Of a stretch of 64,000 nucleotides of DNA, positions 1 to 12,749 are shown one piece after another. Origin of the DNA: Paecilomyces variotii (taxonomy: Eukaryota); NCBI GenBank assembly GCA_004022145.1, contig RCNU01000003.1, one strand, 5' to 3'. The position numbers and the translations under genes are program-made. The stretch's first letter is position 1; each line of letters begins with the position of its first letter. Below the pieces are notes generated by a model. The model saw only the letters and a list, made by a program, of their open reading frames with translations. It did not search any database and was not told where the DNA came from.

Positions 1-1
1 C

Positions 2-520
2 ATTCTCCAGGTTCACGAGAAGGTTCAATATGACCCGAAGGGCGCCAACGGCGAAGGCACGTTCAGCTTCCGTCCGCCGCACAATATCCGCAACGCGGAA
101 CAGCTGTTGAAGAAGTTACAGTCGCAGCCCACGGCCGCTGGTATGAACGTACGAGAGCTTCGAGAGGGTTGGCCCAACGTGGAAGACACGATCAACCAGC
201 TGGAGAAGGAAGGAAAACTGCTCGTTACGCGGAACAAGAAGGACGACCACGCCAAGATGGTGTGGGCCAATGATCCGTCCCTTATGCAACGCTTTGACGA
301 TGAATTCAAGCAGATCTGGGAGAAGATCAAGGTTCCTGACCAGCAGACTGTGACGGAGGAGCTGGAAAAGGCCGGTATCACTCCCACGAACAAGAACAAG
401 GTCGTCAAGGCGCGGCCAAAGTTTGAAATGAAGAAGACCAAGAAACCTCGACGAAGTGGTAAAACCACCAATACCCACATGATGGGTATCCTGAGAGACT
501 ACTCTCATCTGAAGCGGTAG
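2..520 (+). CDS. TFA2: Transcription initiation factor TFIIE beta subunit, 3' part (5' end outside window)
   Basis: Open frame from base 2 (ILQVHEKVQYDPKGANGEGTFSFRPPHNIRNAEQLL...). It contains ELREGWPNVEDTINQLEKEGKLLV, FKQIWEKIKVP and the C-terminal KTTNTHM typical of fungal TFIIE-beta. Confidence 0.9.
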   Translation: MLQVHEKVQYDPKGANGEGTFSFRPPHNIRNAEQLLKKLQSQPTAAGMNVRELREGWPNVEDTINQLEKEGKLLVTRNKKDDHAKMVWANDPSLMQRFDDEFKQIWEKIKVPDQQTVTEELEKAGITPTNKNKVVKARPKFEMKKTKKPRRSGKTTNTHMMGILRDYSHLKR

Positions 521-1410
521 ACGAGCAGAGCCTACGTCTGGAAGCCTCTTATTTCCGGGCTCAAACAATCCTGCATCTGACTTATGAATGATCAATTTGC
601 ATTTCCCGGCGCTCTGGTTTAGTTCGGCTTGGTCTGGTCAAGTTATCGGGGACCTCTATCCCTTCTTCTATTCCTTTTTCATTTTTCTTTTTTTTTTCCT
701 GCACTCCTGCTTCATCTAGAACATGCCCTCGAAGAAAAACGAGGCTGACCATATTGTCTTATGTGTTCGTTTACGACTTTTAACTTGACATCAACTCAGT
801 ACCACCAAAGAAACAATTCTACTAACACCAACAAAACAGGACATGTCTATTCTTTCCACTACACTGCACTTGAAGCGCGGATTTATTGGAACATAAATCA
901 TAAAAAATCAAAAATCAGATACCCCTTAAAGGAAAAGAGAAATAAAAATTGAATATCATCTCGAATGCCACTTTTCCCAGTTCTTACCGTAGAACTAGTT
1001 ATAATCTTTATATATATATTACAGTAGAATAAGTAGCAGAGCTAATTCTTCACGGAGAAACATAAAAGCCACAGTCCAAGGGCTATTTATGAGAGAGAAA
1101 AAGAGTAGTCGAAAGATGCATGAAGTCGACAACGCGAACATAGATGAGAATATGTACTGTATATGTAAAAGAAAAATATATATAAAACGATGAAGTAATA
1201 ACGTATATGCGAAAAAAAAAATCTCATCTCGCCAACTCTTTGGTCTTCTCTTTCTTCTTATTTTTTTTTCTTGTATATGATGATTTTAACCCGCCCCCCC
1301 TAGAACAGTATACACCAAATACACATTTGATTTGATCTACCAGAGATCATCTCAGTATTCTATATATCAATATATAAGAGCGCGCCATTTCCTTCATAGA
1401 AAACAGAAAC

Positions 1411-2337
1411 TTAATGCTTTCCATTCAAGACCGGATTTGAGCCAGATCCCTCGATCTTCTCAACATATTCCACTAAATCCTCGATCGTGCAGACTTTCAA
1501 GCCCCATTTCTTGCCGAATTTTAAACAGCTGTCTCGGCGCATCATGCCGTTGTTGCCGCGGAGTTCGGCCACGCCGGCAACTTCCTCGCCGTCCTCGACC
1601 AGTTCCGCAATGACGGCCGCCAGGGGCTTGTTTGCCAATCGACAGAATTCGACCGCAGCTTCGGTGTGACCCGTTCGTTCCCGGACGCCGCCTGGTCGTG
1701 CTCGGAGAGGGATAATGTGGCCTGGTCGTCGGAAGCTGTCGGGGCGAGCGTCGGGAGAGGCAAGTGTGCGGCAGGTAAGAGCGCGGTCATGCGCAGAGAT
1801 ACCGGTCGTGATGGAGGGGTCGCTCGAGTCAATGGACACGGTATAGGCGGTTCCTTTCGGGTCTGCGTTCTCGACAACCATCTGGGGCAAGGATAGCTTG
1901 GTTGTGAGCTCAGGGCTGATCGGCGCGCAGATAAGTCCACTACATAGAACATAGAGTCAGCTCGTGTTTAAAGAAATAAAAATAATGATTTGAGTTCCAT
2001 GCGCTCCGCGCTATAGATGGAGAATTTACCTCGTATAGCGGACTAAGAAAGCCATCTTCGCATCCGTCACGGAGTCCGCAGCTATGATGAGATCGCCTTC
2101 ATTTTCGCGATCCTGGGAATCGAGCACCACGATGAATTCTCCGTTTTCTGTTCAAATGGCGTCTCGTTAGTATCCAAGCCGAGGAGTCACATCATGGGGC
2201 CATTTGCAGGCCGAATCCGGCACGATCCGGTCTCCCAAATCCTCAGGAGGGACAGATTGCAGAACAAACATACTGAAAGATTGTATCGTATCCTCAATGG
2301 AGTCGAATTGGAGAGGCAGATCCGGAGCAGCAGGCAT
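1411..2337 (-). CDS. RIB3: 3,4-dihydroxy-2-butanone 4-phosphate synthase (riboflavin biosynthesis)
   Basis: Exons 2337-2274, 2147-2030 and 1939-1411 joined by GT-AG introns. Motifs [42 protein letters not shown] and RTGHTEAAV. Confidence 0.95.
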
Positions 2338-3428
2338 GGTGTAGTTAGGAGATCGGCTTTCCCTCACGCAAGCGGGGAACCGAGGAGTCGTGGGTAAGAA
2401 TTCGTGACAGGAAGGGAATAAGACGGGCTGAGAGTCCGGCGTAATAAACAGTGATCTGCAGAGTAATTGAGCGCTTTTCTGGAGCAGAGTCACAGTCACA
2501 AATCACAGTCACAGAAGACGAGAATGAGTCTTTGCCGCGCGAGTCTGTATTAATCCGTCAACCCGTGCGGAGGCGATGGAGTGCGGAGAAGAAAATTGCA
2601 GCGTCGGTGGTGAGGGAAATCCCGCTTTCTTGCGAAACCGCGTCTGTAAAGAGTTCTTGATCTAATTCAATAGAGACGGGATAGAAAAATGCCTTCTCAA
2701 GGAATGTATGTATAGTTACAGTCCAGCAGCGTTTGGCAGAGATGAGGCAATCTCAGTTAAGTACTTAATCAGCAACAGCCCACTTCTGGCCAGCCCACTT
2801 GGCGCGGGGCTTTCCGGCATCGATTATTATTATTTAGTATTACTCGACTTAGTAACTAGTACTTAGTTACTCTACTTGGTTACGGCCTCAGACAGAGGAG
2901 CTGACTCAACGGAATTATGTATTATTACTTGGTCAAGAAGCGTCCATTTTTATTTATGCCAGTAGAGGTAGACAGGAGAAGCTACTTAACTAGTGATTGT
3001 AAATAATAAGAAGGAAATTAATTGTGGGACCCGTAGATATATATAAGTAAGTATAAGAGTAGATAAAGACCGGACAGAAGTCTCTTGCTCCCAGACGCAT
3101 GATATAGACGATTATTTATATATCTTTCATCTATGCAACAGATTCCCGAAACTAATTCTGCTTTCACCCTCGCCAGACGCATCACGGTTGACTGTCGACT
3201 GCAAGAATCGATCGCGCCATCTAATGCCTAACTATTGCTAGGAATTATCCAAAAACTCCGAATCGGCCTGTGTATGGTTAGTATGATGAACGCATCAATG
3301 CATCCAAGAAGACAAGTCCTTCTCTATACGCTTGGCTCGAGACAAAAAAGAGGATGCCCGCAGATGGACCGTCCATCTGAACCTCCCCTGTCCAGCCACA
3401 AGCTTCAGGTTATGAACGCGAGCGGTGA

Positions 3429-5536
3429 TCACGCCATACCTAGCCTTCCCATCCATATCACTTCGTCTCCTTGCATTTCGAGTGCCCGACGCATCATTTC
3501 CGAGTATTCTTGCTCTCGCATCTTTTCCTCTTGTCTAGTGTGTCGTCGTTCTTGACGAGAAACAGGATCAAGGCCATCGTCGGAGAACACTTCGTCGTCC
3601 TCTTCGTCCATGGAGTCGTCGGGATTCGCTGCGAATCTGATACGTCCGATCCGGTCCCCCGTCCACACAAGAAGCTCGTCACCCGTCAGATTTGCACCCG
3701 TAGGGAGAATCTTACGTGCCACATCACCTTCATCGCTGGGATGATTGGGAAATAGTCGTGACCCACTCGTCTCGTCGGAACCTCTCTGCTCGGTAGAGTC
3801 TTGTCGATTCGGAGTCCTAGCATGGTACGAATTGATATTGAATCGACGAACCTCCCCACGTCCATCCCTCTCTACCCACTTGATGTTCCCCTCAGAGTCA
3901 GAATATGCAATCCGTGTCCCATGGGAGGCCACAGAAAGCAGCTTGGAACTGGCGGCACTCTGGCGATTCTGGTATCTTGGCGGTGACAGTGTGGAGGATT
4001 CATTGGACAGCTCATTGTTCGTTTCTGCCGCAGAACAAGTGAGATCGTATAGCGCGAGAGAGCCCTTTCCGTTGTATTCGCCGCACGCAACTATTTTATG
4101 TGATGGTGGCCATGTGGCATCTGATGAGACGGGGAACTTGGGTGCTGGTATCGAAGCTAGCCCGCACAGCCGGCCTCCTGAATGCACCGTGCTCTGCAGT
4201 TGTGGGAAGAAACGGCGGTCATAGGAGAGAATACTGGGGAAGCGCCCGGCCAGCAGAATCGTATTTACATGTGGCGCGGGAGGGTGCAATATCGAGAGAG
4301 GCCCGGGTTGGAAGAGAGGAGCATAGTTGGTGCCCACATCTGACGGATCCGGACTGCGTATGCGATGAGGAGGTTGGCCATCCGCTTGGAGCTGGAAATA
4401 GGGGGAATCGGGTCGTGGGTAGACGCTCGATGCAGACAGGAAAGGAGATGGCTCTCTTTCGCACCGGAGACTGATCTCTGCCTCTTCCTCGCGTGCCGGA
4501 AGCCTAGAATCGTATATGTGTAGACTAAGAGTAGTCGCTAGTGTCAAAGGCACTGAATAATCCGTCTCCTGCGACATGGCAAAGATCGACCACGCATATC
4601 TCTTCTGAGACACCAACCTCAGAGTCTCCAAATCGATCTCGTTGAGGACGTTCCCCACCGCTATGTAGGCCCTCCGACTGATCGAATCGACGCTCATGCA
4701 CTCACCAATATTGGTGAACTCCAAGGTTGTCGTTCTACTCCTTCCTGACGTGTCTGTTAAAAGAACCCCAGGAGCACTGGAACCCACAATCCTCCCTTTC
4801 CGCGTCTGCGTATTGTTGGCGTGCGAATAGTTCAGATCCCAAATGACCACGCCCCCGTTATCCACGGGCGCGACGACCTTATCTTCCCTCGCAGAGCTCC
4901 AGTCCCGAAACAGTCCCATGCCCTTCACATCGCAGAATTCTTTCTTCCGTCGTGACTCGTTGACCGTATAGGGCTGCTGCAACCAACTAAATGAGATGGG
5001 CCCATGCCGGTCGATATACTCCGAATACCAGTCCACATCTTCCGTCTCATACGAAGGATCCCACTCTGCTGCAGCTCTCGACCTCCTGCCCAAGGAGGAA
5101 CGCTGGGCCGTGTGTCCTGTCACTCCACCACCGTTCGATCGTGTCCGGGGTTGGATCAAGAATCGGAGCGAGCCTGGCCCTAGCGAACTAAGCGGCGCAA
5201 CGGAGGATGTATGAAGGCTTTCAGACGCCGGTCGGGCTGAAACTGCATCCGTCTTCGAGGCCCATGATGCCTCGTAGCAGTGCAGCCTCCACAGGTGATT
5301 GTCTCGGGCAAGAGCAAGGAAGCGCCTCGAGACCAGCTGGAGCTGAACCTGCTCTCGCGGAGTAAGATCTGAAAGTGACAGTACATGTATGAGCCTCTGC
5401 AATTCGCAATAGACGTGGGGAGGGAGGTGAGTGGGAAAAGAAGTCCAAGCGGGGGTCGATAACGCCGATATGGAGTGTTTATCTCATACTTACAATCGAT
5501 GATTTTAGAGACGATTTCTACGGGGAGTCTGTCCAT
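3429..5536 (-). CDS. F-box domain protein with a probable beta-propeller-like C-terminal region
   Basis: Exon 5536-5494, intron 5493-5369 (GTAAGT...CAG), then a long exon to 3429. The spliced N-terminus MDRLPVEIVSKIIDYLTPREQVQLQLVSRRFLALARDNHLWR fits an F-box. Confidence 0.8.
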
Positions 5537-5832
5537 GGGTAAAAGAAGGAGACGTTGACGGCTGCCTCCAAGAACAACATGACATAAAGCATATTACGAA
5601 AAAAGAAGAGAGAAGTACTCAAAAACACCAGAGTTCTGACGATAAACATCCCGAGGGGGGTTTATCGCTAACACTGGAGGCGATCCCTTAGTCCAGAACT
5701 TCCCCCGCAGGCGCTGCTGGGCCGCTCGCTTGGACTGGGCCGTCGTCACGTGGCGTTCTCGATGATTGTAGAACATGCTAAACATGGAAAGTTGAGTTTA
5801 TGTAACGAAGAATAGCGCATTACACATAACCT

Positions 5833-5983
5833 GTCAGAGTGGCGGAGTGGTTAACGCGTTTGACTTGAACCCCATGTTTGAGACATCAAATACCTTAGGG
5901 TGCGCAGTATGTATATCTTGCTCTCTTCAAGAGTGACTTCATAAAACTAACAAGTGTTAAGGGTTCGAATCCTGTCTCTGACG
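5833..5983 (+). tRNA. tRNA-Ser(UGA) with a canonical 15-nt intron (5870-5884) and a second 55-nt spliceosomal-type insert in the T stem (5907-5961)
   Basis: Acceptor stem GTCAGAG/CTCTGAC, discriminator G, A box TGGCGGAGTGG, anticodon stem TTTGA/TCAAA with CT-TGA-A loop, Ser-type long variable arm, B box GGTTCGAATCC and a downstream T-rich terminator. Confidence 0.9.
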
Positions 5984-6010
5984 TTTCTTTTTTGTTTTAT
6001 TTTTTATTTA
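5984..6010 (+). terminator. Pol III oligo-T terminator of the tRNA-Ser gene
   Basis: TTTCTTTTTGTTTTATTTTTT immediately follows the discriminator base. Confidence 0.75.
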
Positions 6011-6490
6011 CGGTTTTTTTTCATTTTGCACATCTTCTCTAGTGTCACCTGATAGAGAGTCGAAAATAATAATAATACTCATAGTATGCGATATATTCAG
6101 TTCATTGGGCTGAAAAATATCTGGTCAGCCGGCCATATCTTTCTACTATGCCTAGACCTGTCACGACCTAACTCCTAGGGAGCAATCTAGGAGCTAAACC
6201 GCTGCGCCAGGAAGCAAAAGACTATGTACATAGTATTCTTTGGCTACACCCAAGAACTGCTCTCGCTATATAAGGCTATGATAGGCACTACAAGGCCTAC
6301 CAATTCTGTCAACGAACCAGTTGTTAGTTAATTGTTCTAGAACCAATTATTATAGCTATATTGTAGAGCGGTACAAGCGGTCCACATTGAATCTCGTAAA
6401 TACAGGTCGTACAGCCGTCTCTCCATCATATATCGTACATAAGCCCTCCAATTTAGTAAATGACTGACAAATAGAACCAGAACACCAGTC

Positions 6491-8186
6491 TCAACTATCG
6501 GGTTTATAGATCGCATCCTGGCAGCAAATAGCCACTTTCTTGAAAAATCTTCTCCATTCCAGCGGATCACCTTTGACTTTCAGGAATTCGACCTCGAACA
6601 ATCCCTCCGAGACATACTCGATGACGATCTTGCCCTGCAGCACACACATCCGCTGGTCTTTGGTGGCCACCCGGATTGCGGCAGAGCTGTCTTCGGCAGA
6701 CACGCTGGGGATGGAAGGCACGGGAACCCCAAGCCGGTGGAGAGCTTCGCAAATGAGAGGGATGAGCAGCTTCAGCGCCCAGGCGGAGAAGAAGCGCGTC
6801 ATAGGACGTGATGGAACGATGTCTCGGAACTTCTGGGCCTTCTGGGTGCGACTCAGCGGCACTGATGGGTGCTGGCTGAACTGGGACATCGACGGCTCAT
6901 CTTCGAGACGATCAGCCATGAGGAAACTCTGCGTAGAGGACATGGTCATCGGCTGGGTTGAAGACATGCCATTAGCGGCGAAGTTCGAGGGAGCATCCCA
7001 CTCCATCAGCATATCCCCTGCTGGCATCTCCGGTTGAGTGGACGAAAGCCTGGCTTCGATATCGTTTGCTGACTCGATATCCATCTGGCTGGATGATTGG
7101 GTACCGCTTCGCGAACCAGCGAGAGGATCTTGCGTAAAGTCGATATGGAGCGACTCAAACATGGTGGTGGCCAGGTTGATCGGGTCTCTCAGTCTACCGT
7201 CTGAGGATAGGTACTTGTTAGGACGGGTAAACCACGGGTGTCTCCGAACGTCCTCCATCGAGAATCGGCTGTCCGTATCGATTTTGAGCATCCCTCGCAG
7301 CAGCGACAGGGTAGCCGGCGGTAGCTTTCTCCAGAGTTCGTCCGTCGTCCGCGCATTTTTCTCAACGTACTCACTGAACTCGTAGCTGTTCTCCGTCGGA
7401 CTGTCCCATGGCGTATTACCGGCCAGCAGGACAAAGAGGACTACTCCACAAGACCAGATATCGGCCAGATCCGCACGATATCCTTTACCCTTGGCCTGGC
7501 CCTTGTTGCTACACGTGATCACCTCTGGCGCAATATAGGGAGGGCTTCCACAGAGGGTGGTGCACAGCTTCGTCTTGCCGTTGTATTCGAACACGGTGGC
7601 CAGCCCAAAATCGGCAATCTTCAGGTTGCCGTCATCGGACAGCAATATATTTTCCGGCTTGATGTCTCGATGTCCAACCCCGCGAGAGTGCATATAGCTT
7701 ACCGCGCTGATAAGCTGTGAAAAGTAGACGTGCGCAATGTCCTCACCCACGCCCTCGTCTGCTTCGATCTTGTCGAAGAGATCTCCTCCCTCGGCCAGTT
7801 CCATGGCGATCCATCTCCAGGTGGCATCTTCGCCCGTGTGAAAGAAGGATATGATGTTGTTGTGGTCGCCAATATGCTTATGGACCGTCACCTCCATCTG
7901 GAGCTGACGAGCGCTAATTCGGCCATGGCGAGCGGCATATTCCTTGTGGATGAACTTGACGGCGAAAACAGGGTTGTCTTCGCGGATGGGACAGGCTTTC
8001 TTGATGCTGGCCGTCGCGACGCTTCTGTCAGCGGAGTCTTGCAACAGGCGGTCTGCAAGCCATAGTTAAGTATCCCAATGGGGTGGAGGGATAGACTAAC
8101 CAAGCATAGGCGCCTTGACCGATAGTTCTGGAGACTATCCGGAAGGGCAAGTCCGTTGGCAGCGGGGCGAGTTGAGAGTGATGCAT
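6491..8186 (-). CDS. CHK1: Checkpoint serine/threonine kinase Chk1
   Basis: Exon 8186-8101, intron 8100-8007 (GTTAGT...CAG), exon 8006-6491. Motifs IGQGAYA, FAVKF, GGDLFDKIEADEG, HRDIKPEN, DFG, and the Chk1 C-terminal MTRFFS and KGDPLEWRRFFKK. Confidence 0.95.
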
Positions 8187-9154
8187 TTCTGGCGGTGGGC
8201 TGCGAAGCAACCAGTCAGTTGTCGCGCATTCGACGCCAGGTATTATTATTTACCTGGAAGAGATACTGGATCACACCAGAGAAACGGTGCTCTCTGTTGT
8301 ACTGTTGCTGTCGATGTCAAAAAGCGCCAAAGAAAGGCTGGAGGGCGATGTTGTTGGACGCGCTCCGGACGGGACGCGAGCCACTTTATCCTTTTCGAGT
8401 AATGTGTTGATGATAGGTAAGAGTATAGTATAGTTACACCATGGTTACTAGAAGAATAATACTAATAATAATAATAATACTCAGTACTATTACCACACGC
8501 CACTACTATCACTATCCGATCGTTGCCTACTCTAGTTATCTAAAGTATGTTCGTGACGATCGCAGGTTCTGGGCTTTCGATGGGTCAGTCAAGATACTTA
8601 GATAGGGCTGAGATAGGAGAGCCACTTTCGGACAGTTGTACGGAGTAATTAATTAAACAGACAAGAGGATGATTCCCCCATGATTCTGCAGTCGAGATAG
8701 ATCGCTGGTCGTGTTGCAGTGCTCATGAGCAAAACGAACTATTAAATAGATAAAAAGAAATAAAATAATCTGTCTTGAACGGGCCGAGAAACGGCGGCCA
8801 AGCGTTGCCCGGTCGCCCTGGCTGGGGCAGTACTTAGATAAACAAAAGAATTCGCCAGTTTCTTTTCTTTTCTTCCTCCTGGATTCGTTCACGCATAACT
8901 AATATTCACACGTTGACTAACTATCTATTTCCTGCTTCTTCAGTCTTCTTCAACTCCCTGTGCTTCAACTCTTCTACGTCGGCTCCGTTTTCTCGCTGGG
9001 CCTTTTTCCCGTCATTCCATCCGGCATCCTTCATTGTTCGGATCCGTCGTCATTCCAGACAACTGGGGACTCTCGCTCTTGTTGCTCACATTCCAGCCAA
9101 ACCTTAAGAGGTCGCTTTTAAGATCTACACCACTCCCCAAAATCTCCGAACACC

Positions 9155-9835
9155 ATGGACTTCACGATGGAAGACACTCAAAACGCTGCCCCCGAGGCCC
9201 ATGAGGCTTCCAAGCTGGCTCCCTCCGCGCAGCGGACTGACACCCAGAGTGTGACGAAACGGTACGTCAATGCTCGACTGAGCAGTGGTGGCATGCAATA
9301 TGATGCAAGATACTGAGATCTCTTTTTCTTTTCATACAGTCTTCAGACGGAACTGATGCAGCTCATGCTCTCTCCGTCCCCGGGCATCTCCGCCTTCCCC
9401 AACGCAGATGGCAACCTCCTCGCGTGGACGGCGACCATCGTTGGTCCGACCGAGACGCCGTACGAGAACCTCACCCTGAAGCTGTCCTTCTCCTTCCCCA
9501 CAAACTACCCCTATGCGCCTCCGACGGTGCTCTTCAAGACGCCCATCTACCACCCGAATGTGGATTTCTCCGGTCGGATCTGTCTTGATATCCTGAAGGA
9601 CAAGTGGAGTGCCGTGTACAACGTCCAGAGCGTGCTGCTCAGTCTACAGAGCTTGCTGGGGGAGCCTAACAAGTAGGTTGACATGCATTAGGCGTTTTCT
9701 CGAGTGCAGTATGCTAACTCAATCACCAGTGCAAGCCCACTGAACGGCCAGGCGGCTGAGCTCTGGGACAGCAACCCAGAGGAGTTCAAGCGCCATGTCC
9801 TCGCGCGACACCGGGATATTGAGGATGACGAGTGA
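9155..9835 (+). CDS. UBC11: Ubiquitin-conjugating enzyme E2-C (UbcH10/Ubc11 type)
   Basis: Exons 9155-9261, 9340-9672 and 9730-9835. Motifs [46 protein letters not shown] and [16 protein letters not shown]. Confidence 0.9.
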
Positions 9836-10630
9836 ACAAGTGGCTGGATAAAACTTACAACTATATGTCTGGCAAACGACACCTTCATACCATGTGCCTG
9901 GAGATAACAGGTTCATGGGAATTTGCATTCTCTCAGGAGATAATATTGGCTAAGCTGGTCCGGCGAGTCGGCTTTTGGAACAGGCGTGGCTCATCCAAGT
10001 GGTTCGTGGGTCTGGAGTTTTTGCGTAATGGGCTATACCCGATTCTTTTTTTGGGTCCTGGAATCAGTTACACGAGCATGCATTCCTGGAAATCCCTATC
10101 ATTAGTTTCATTTCTTTCTTCTCGCGTTCTGTCGAACGTCTCCTTTTATGTCCATGCAACCTTGCAAGGGACTTACATACATGGGGCGTAGTTCTTTGCA
10201 GTCAAAGCGTTGAGTTTCTTTTTGCATTACTTGCATCATGCATTCATCTATCTGGAACGTGGAGCATATAGTCTATATACTTTATCTTCCATCGTCTTCA
10301 TTGATGCCTGTAGACTGCAGTCTTCATACAATTCGAGAGTCTACTCTAACTAAGGGTATATAGACTCCCTGAAAGCGGACCCGCAAGTCTTTCCGAGCTC
10401 TGCATGTTTTCTCTTAGAAGGATCATCATTATAGATAATCTGATATTATCTCTCTCTGATTTATCCTCGATAGTTATAATTTACATCGTACATACATACA
10501 TAATACCTTGAAATCTCCGACAGATCATCAAGAAGTGATCGTCTGTTCGTTATCCTATAGTAGGGTCACGAAAAAAATAACAAACACAAACACAAACACA
10601 AAAACCAAGACACAACTCCAAACGCTATGA

Positions 10631-12749
10631 TTATGATGATTTTGAAGAAGAAAAATACTCCTTCTCGTTGGTGATCAACAACCCAGCAATACTCGCGCTA
10701 GTGAACGTGCTCAGAGCACCGGTCAACATGGCACTGACCGCAACGCGAGAGACGTCGCCGCCGCGAGAAGGGGCAATTTGGTTCAGGACACCGATCTGGT
10801 TGCCCAGGGAGCCGATGTTGGCGAAGCCGCAGAGAGCGTAGGTGACGATGAGTTTGGAGCGGTCGGACATTTCGGTGTAGGCAGGGTCGGTTTGGAGGGC
10901 GTTGTAGGCGACGAATTCATTCTGGGTGTTTTGTTAGTGAGGTCTTCTTTGGCAGAGTAGGGGAGGGGGAAGAAGAAGAAGGAGGGGAAAAAAAAGGAGA
11001 ACTTACAGAAACGATCTTCAGCCCGATCAACTGCGCGACCTTGAGCAGATCCCCGTCACGGGGAACTCCAAGCAGGAAGGCGATCGGGTAACAGATATAC
11101 CCAATGATCAGCTGGATGGTCAATGGCGGATCGTTGATATCCAGATAATGACCCCACCAGGTCAGCAATCCGTTGCAAAGACCGATGAGGGAGATGATAC
11201 AGAGCAACGTCGCGCACATCATGCCTGCAATCTTGATACCCAGCCAGGCACCGTTGGCAAAGGCGTGCAGAGCGTTAGCCGCGCGGTGCTCGTCGTCGTC
11301 AGGAATGACGACACGGCCGGCAGTCAAGGTCTCTTCTTCCTCTGGCCAGCGCATCTTGGAGACGGCAAGTGATGCAGGAATGCTCATCACGCAGGACGAC
11401 ACGAGCGCCTGCGAGTTGACGCCCATACCGATGTAGGCGATAAGCACACTACCGGAGATGGTTGCGAAACCGCAGCACATAATCTGGTGGATTTCCGCCA
11501 TGGTGAGGTGAGAGATGAACGGCTTGATCAACATGGCGGATTCACCCTGACCGATGAAGGGGGACGCAGCGGCGACAACGGCTTCAGCACCGGAGACGCG
11601 CATGCTCCAGAAGAAGAAAGTGGCGAATTTGCCGATAAACCACTGGATGATACCGACGTAGTAGAACAGCTGGACGAGCGACACGAAGAAGATAATGGCT
11701 GGAATGACGCTGACCAGAAACCAGGTCAAAGTAGCTGTTGTGTCGTCCGTCAAGAAAGCGACACCCTGCTCAGCGAAACCCAGCAAGTCTCTGGCAAGCA
11801 AGGAGATAAAGTTGAAGATATCATAGCCGGCTTTGGTGCGCAGGACGAACAGCGCAATGATGAACTGCGTCAGCATACCGACTATGACCGTGTGCCAGTT
11901 GATCTTCTTGCGGTTCCTGGAAGTAAGCCATAGTACGAAAATCAGGACGACTAGTCCGAACAGACTGACGGCACGGTTTGCCCGAGTGTTATCAGCCGAC
12001 TCCTCGGAGGCAAAGGATCCAACGAGAATCACTGCAATGACCAACAATGCAGCAGCGGGCGTTCTGAGCTTCTGGGGAATCAAGCGGACAAAGGGCCGCG
12101 AGGTGTGATTCCACACAAAGTGCATCGGGATCGTGACGACCGTGATCGGAACGTAGAAGAAAATGATGCGCAGCGTAATGGCGAGGTAGAGCAGGAACGG
12201 GATCAACCATCCGAGGTCGTATCGATGCTTGATCAAGCCGGTAATCCACCAGCTGTAGAGAAAAAGATAAGCATTTGACCTGGGGTTGAATTGTCTCATC
12301 CAGAGCTCATATTCCTCCATCACCAAAGAACAATGGCAGACAATTCCCAGGAAGATGTACATGTGGAATGTTCAAAAATGCTGGACTCACCCGGTGAAGA
12401 GAATCCACACCGCAGCATGGAACACATGTCTCCAATGCTTCACCATACGCCGGTGCCAGGGCCGTTTCGCAGAGCCCTCACCGAGTTCCTCAATATCGCC
12501 ATTGCTATCGCCTTTCCCGTTCAACGAATTGTGCTCTACGGCGGCGTCTGGGATGACCGATTTGTCAAAGGTGGTGTCCTTTGAATAGACCACCTCGTCT
12601 TCGCGGCCATGCTCCGCAAAGGCCGTATGATGCTGATGAGCATGATGATGCTCGTTTGCCGGATCCAAAGCTGGATCTGAATGGCGCGTGATCTCAGGAG
12701 ACACTGGAGAAATTGGAGAAGCAGTGCGCTCCGGCACTGCATCGGCCAT
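10631..12749 (-). CDS. Concentrative (H+/Na+) nucleoside transporter, CNT/SLC28 family
   Basis: Exons 12749-12391, 12252-11007 and 10921-10631. Motifs SPFIGQGES, GFATISGSVL, SCVMSIPASLA, NEFVAY and TYALCGFANIGSLG. Confidence 0.93.

Noticed and set aside
2338-2499. GTG-initiated upstream extension of RIB3 in the ORF track
   Set aside because: The ATG at 2337 is in good context and matches the usual N-terminus. The extension has no clear targeting character and its length is compatible with chance.
3361-3379. Perfect 9-bp inverted repeat CAGATGGAC-C-GTCCATCTG in the F-box gene 3' region
   Set aside because: Single short palindrome with no supporting context; could arise by chance in 64 kb.
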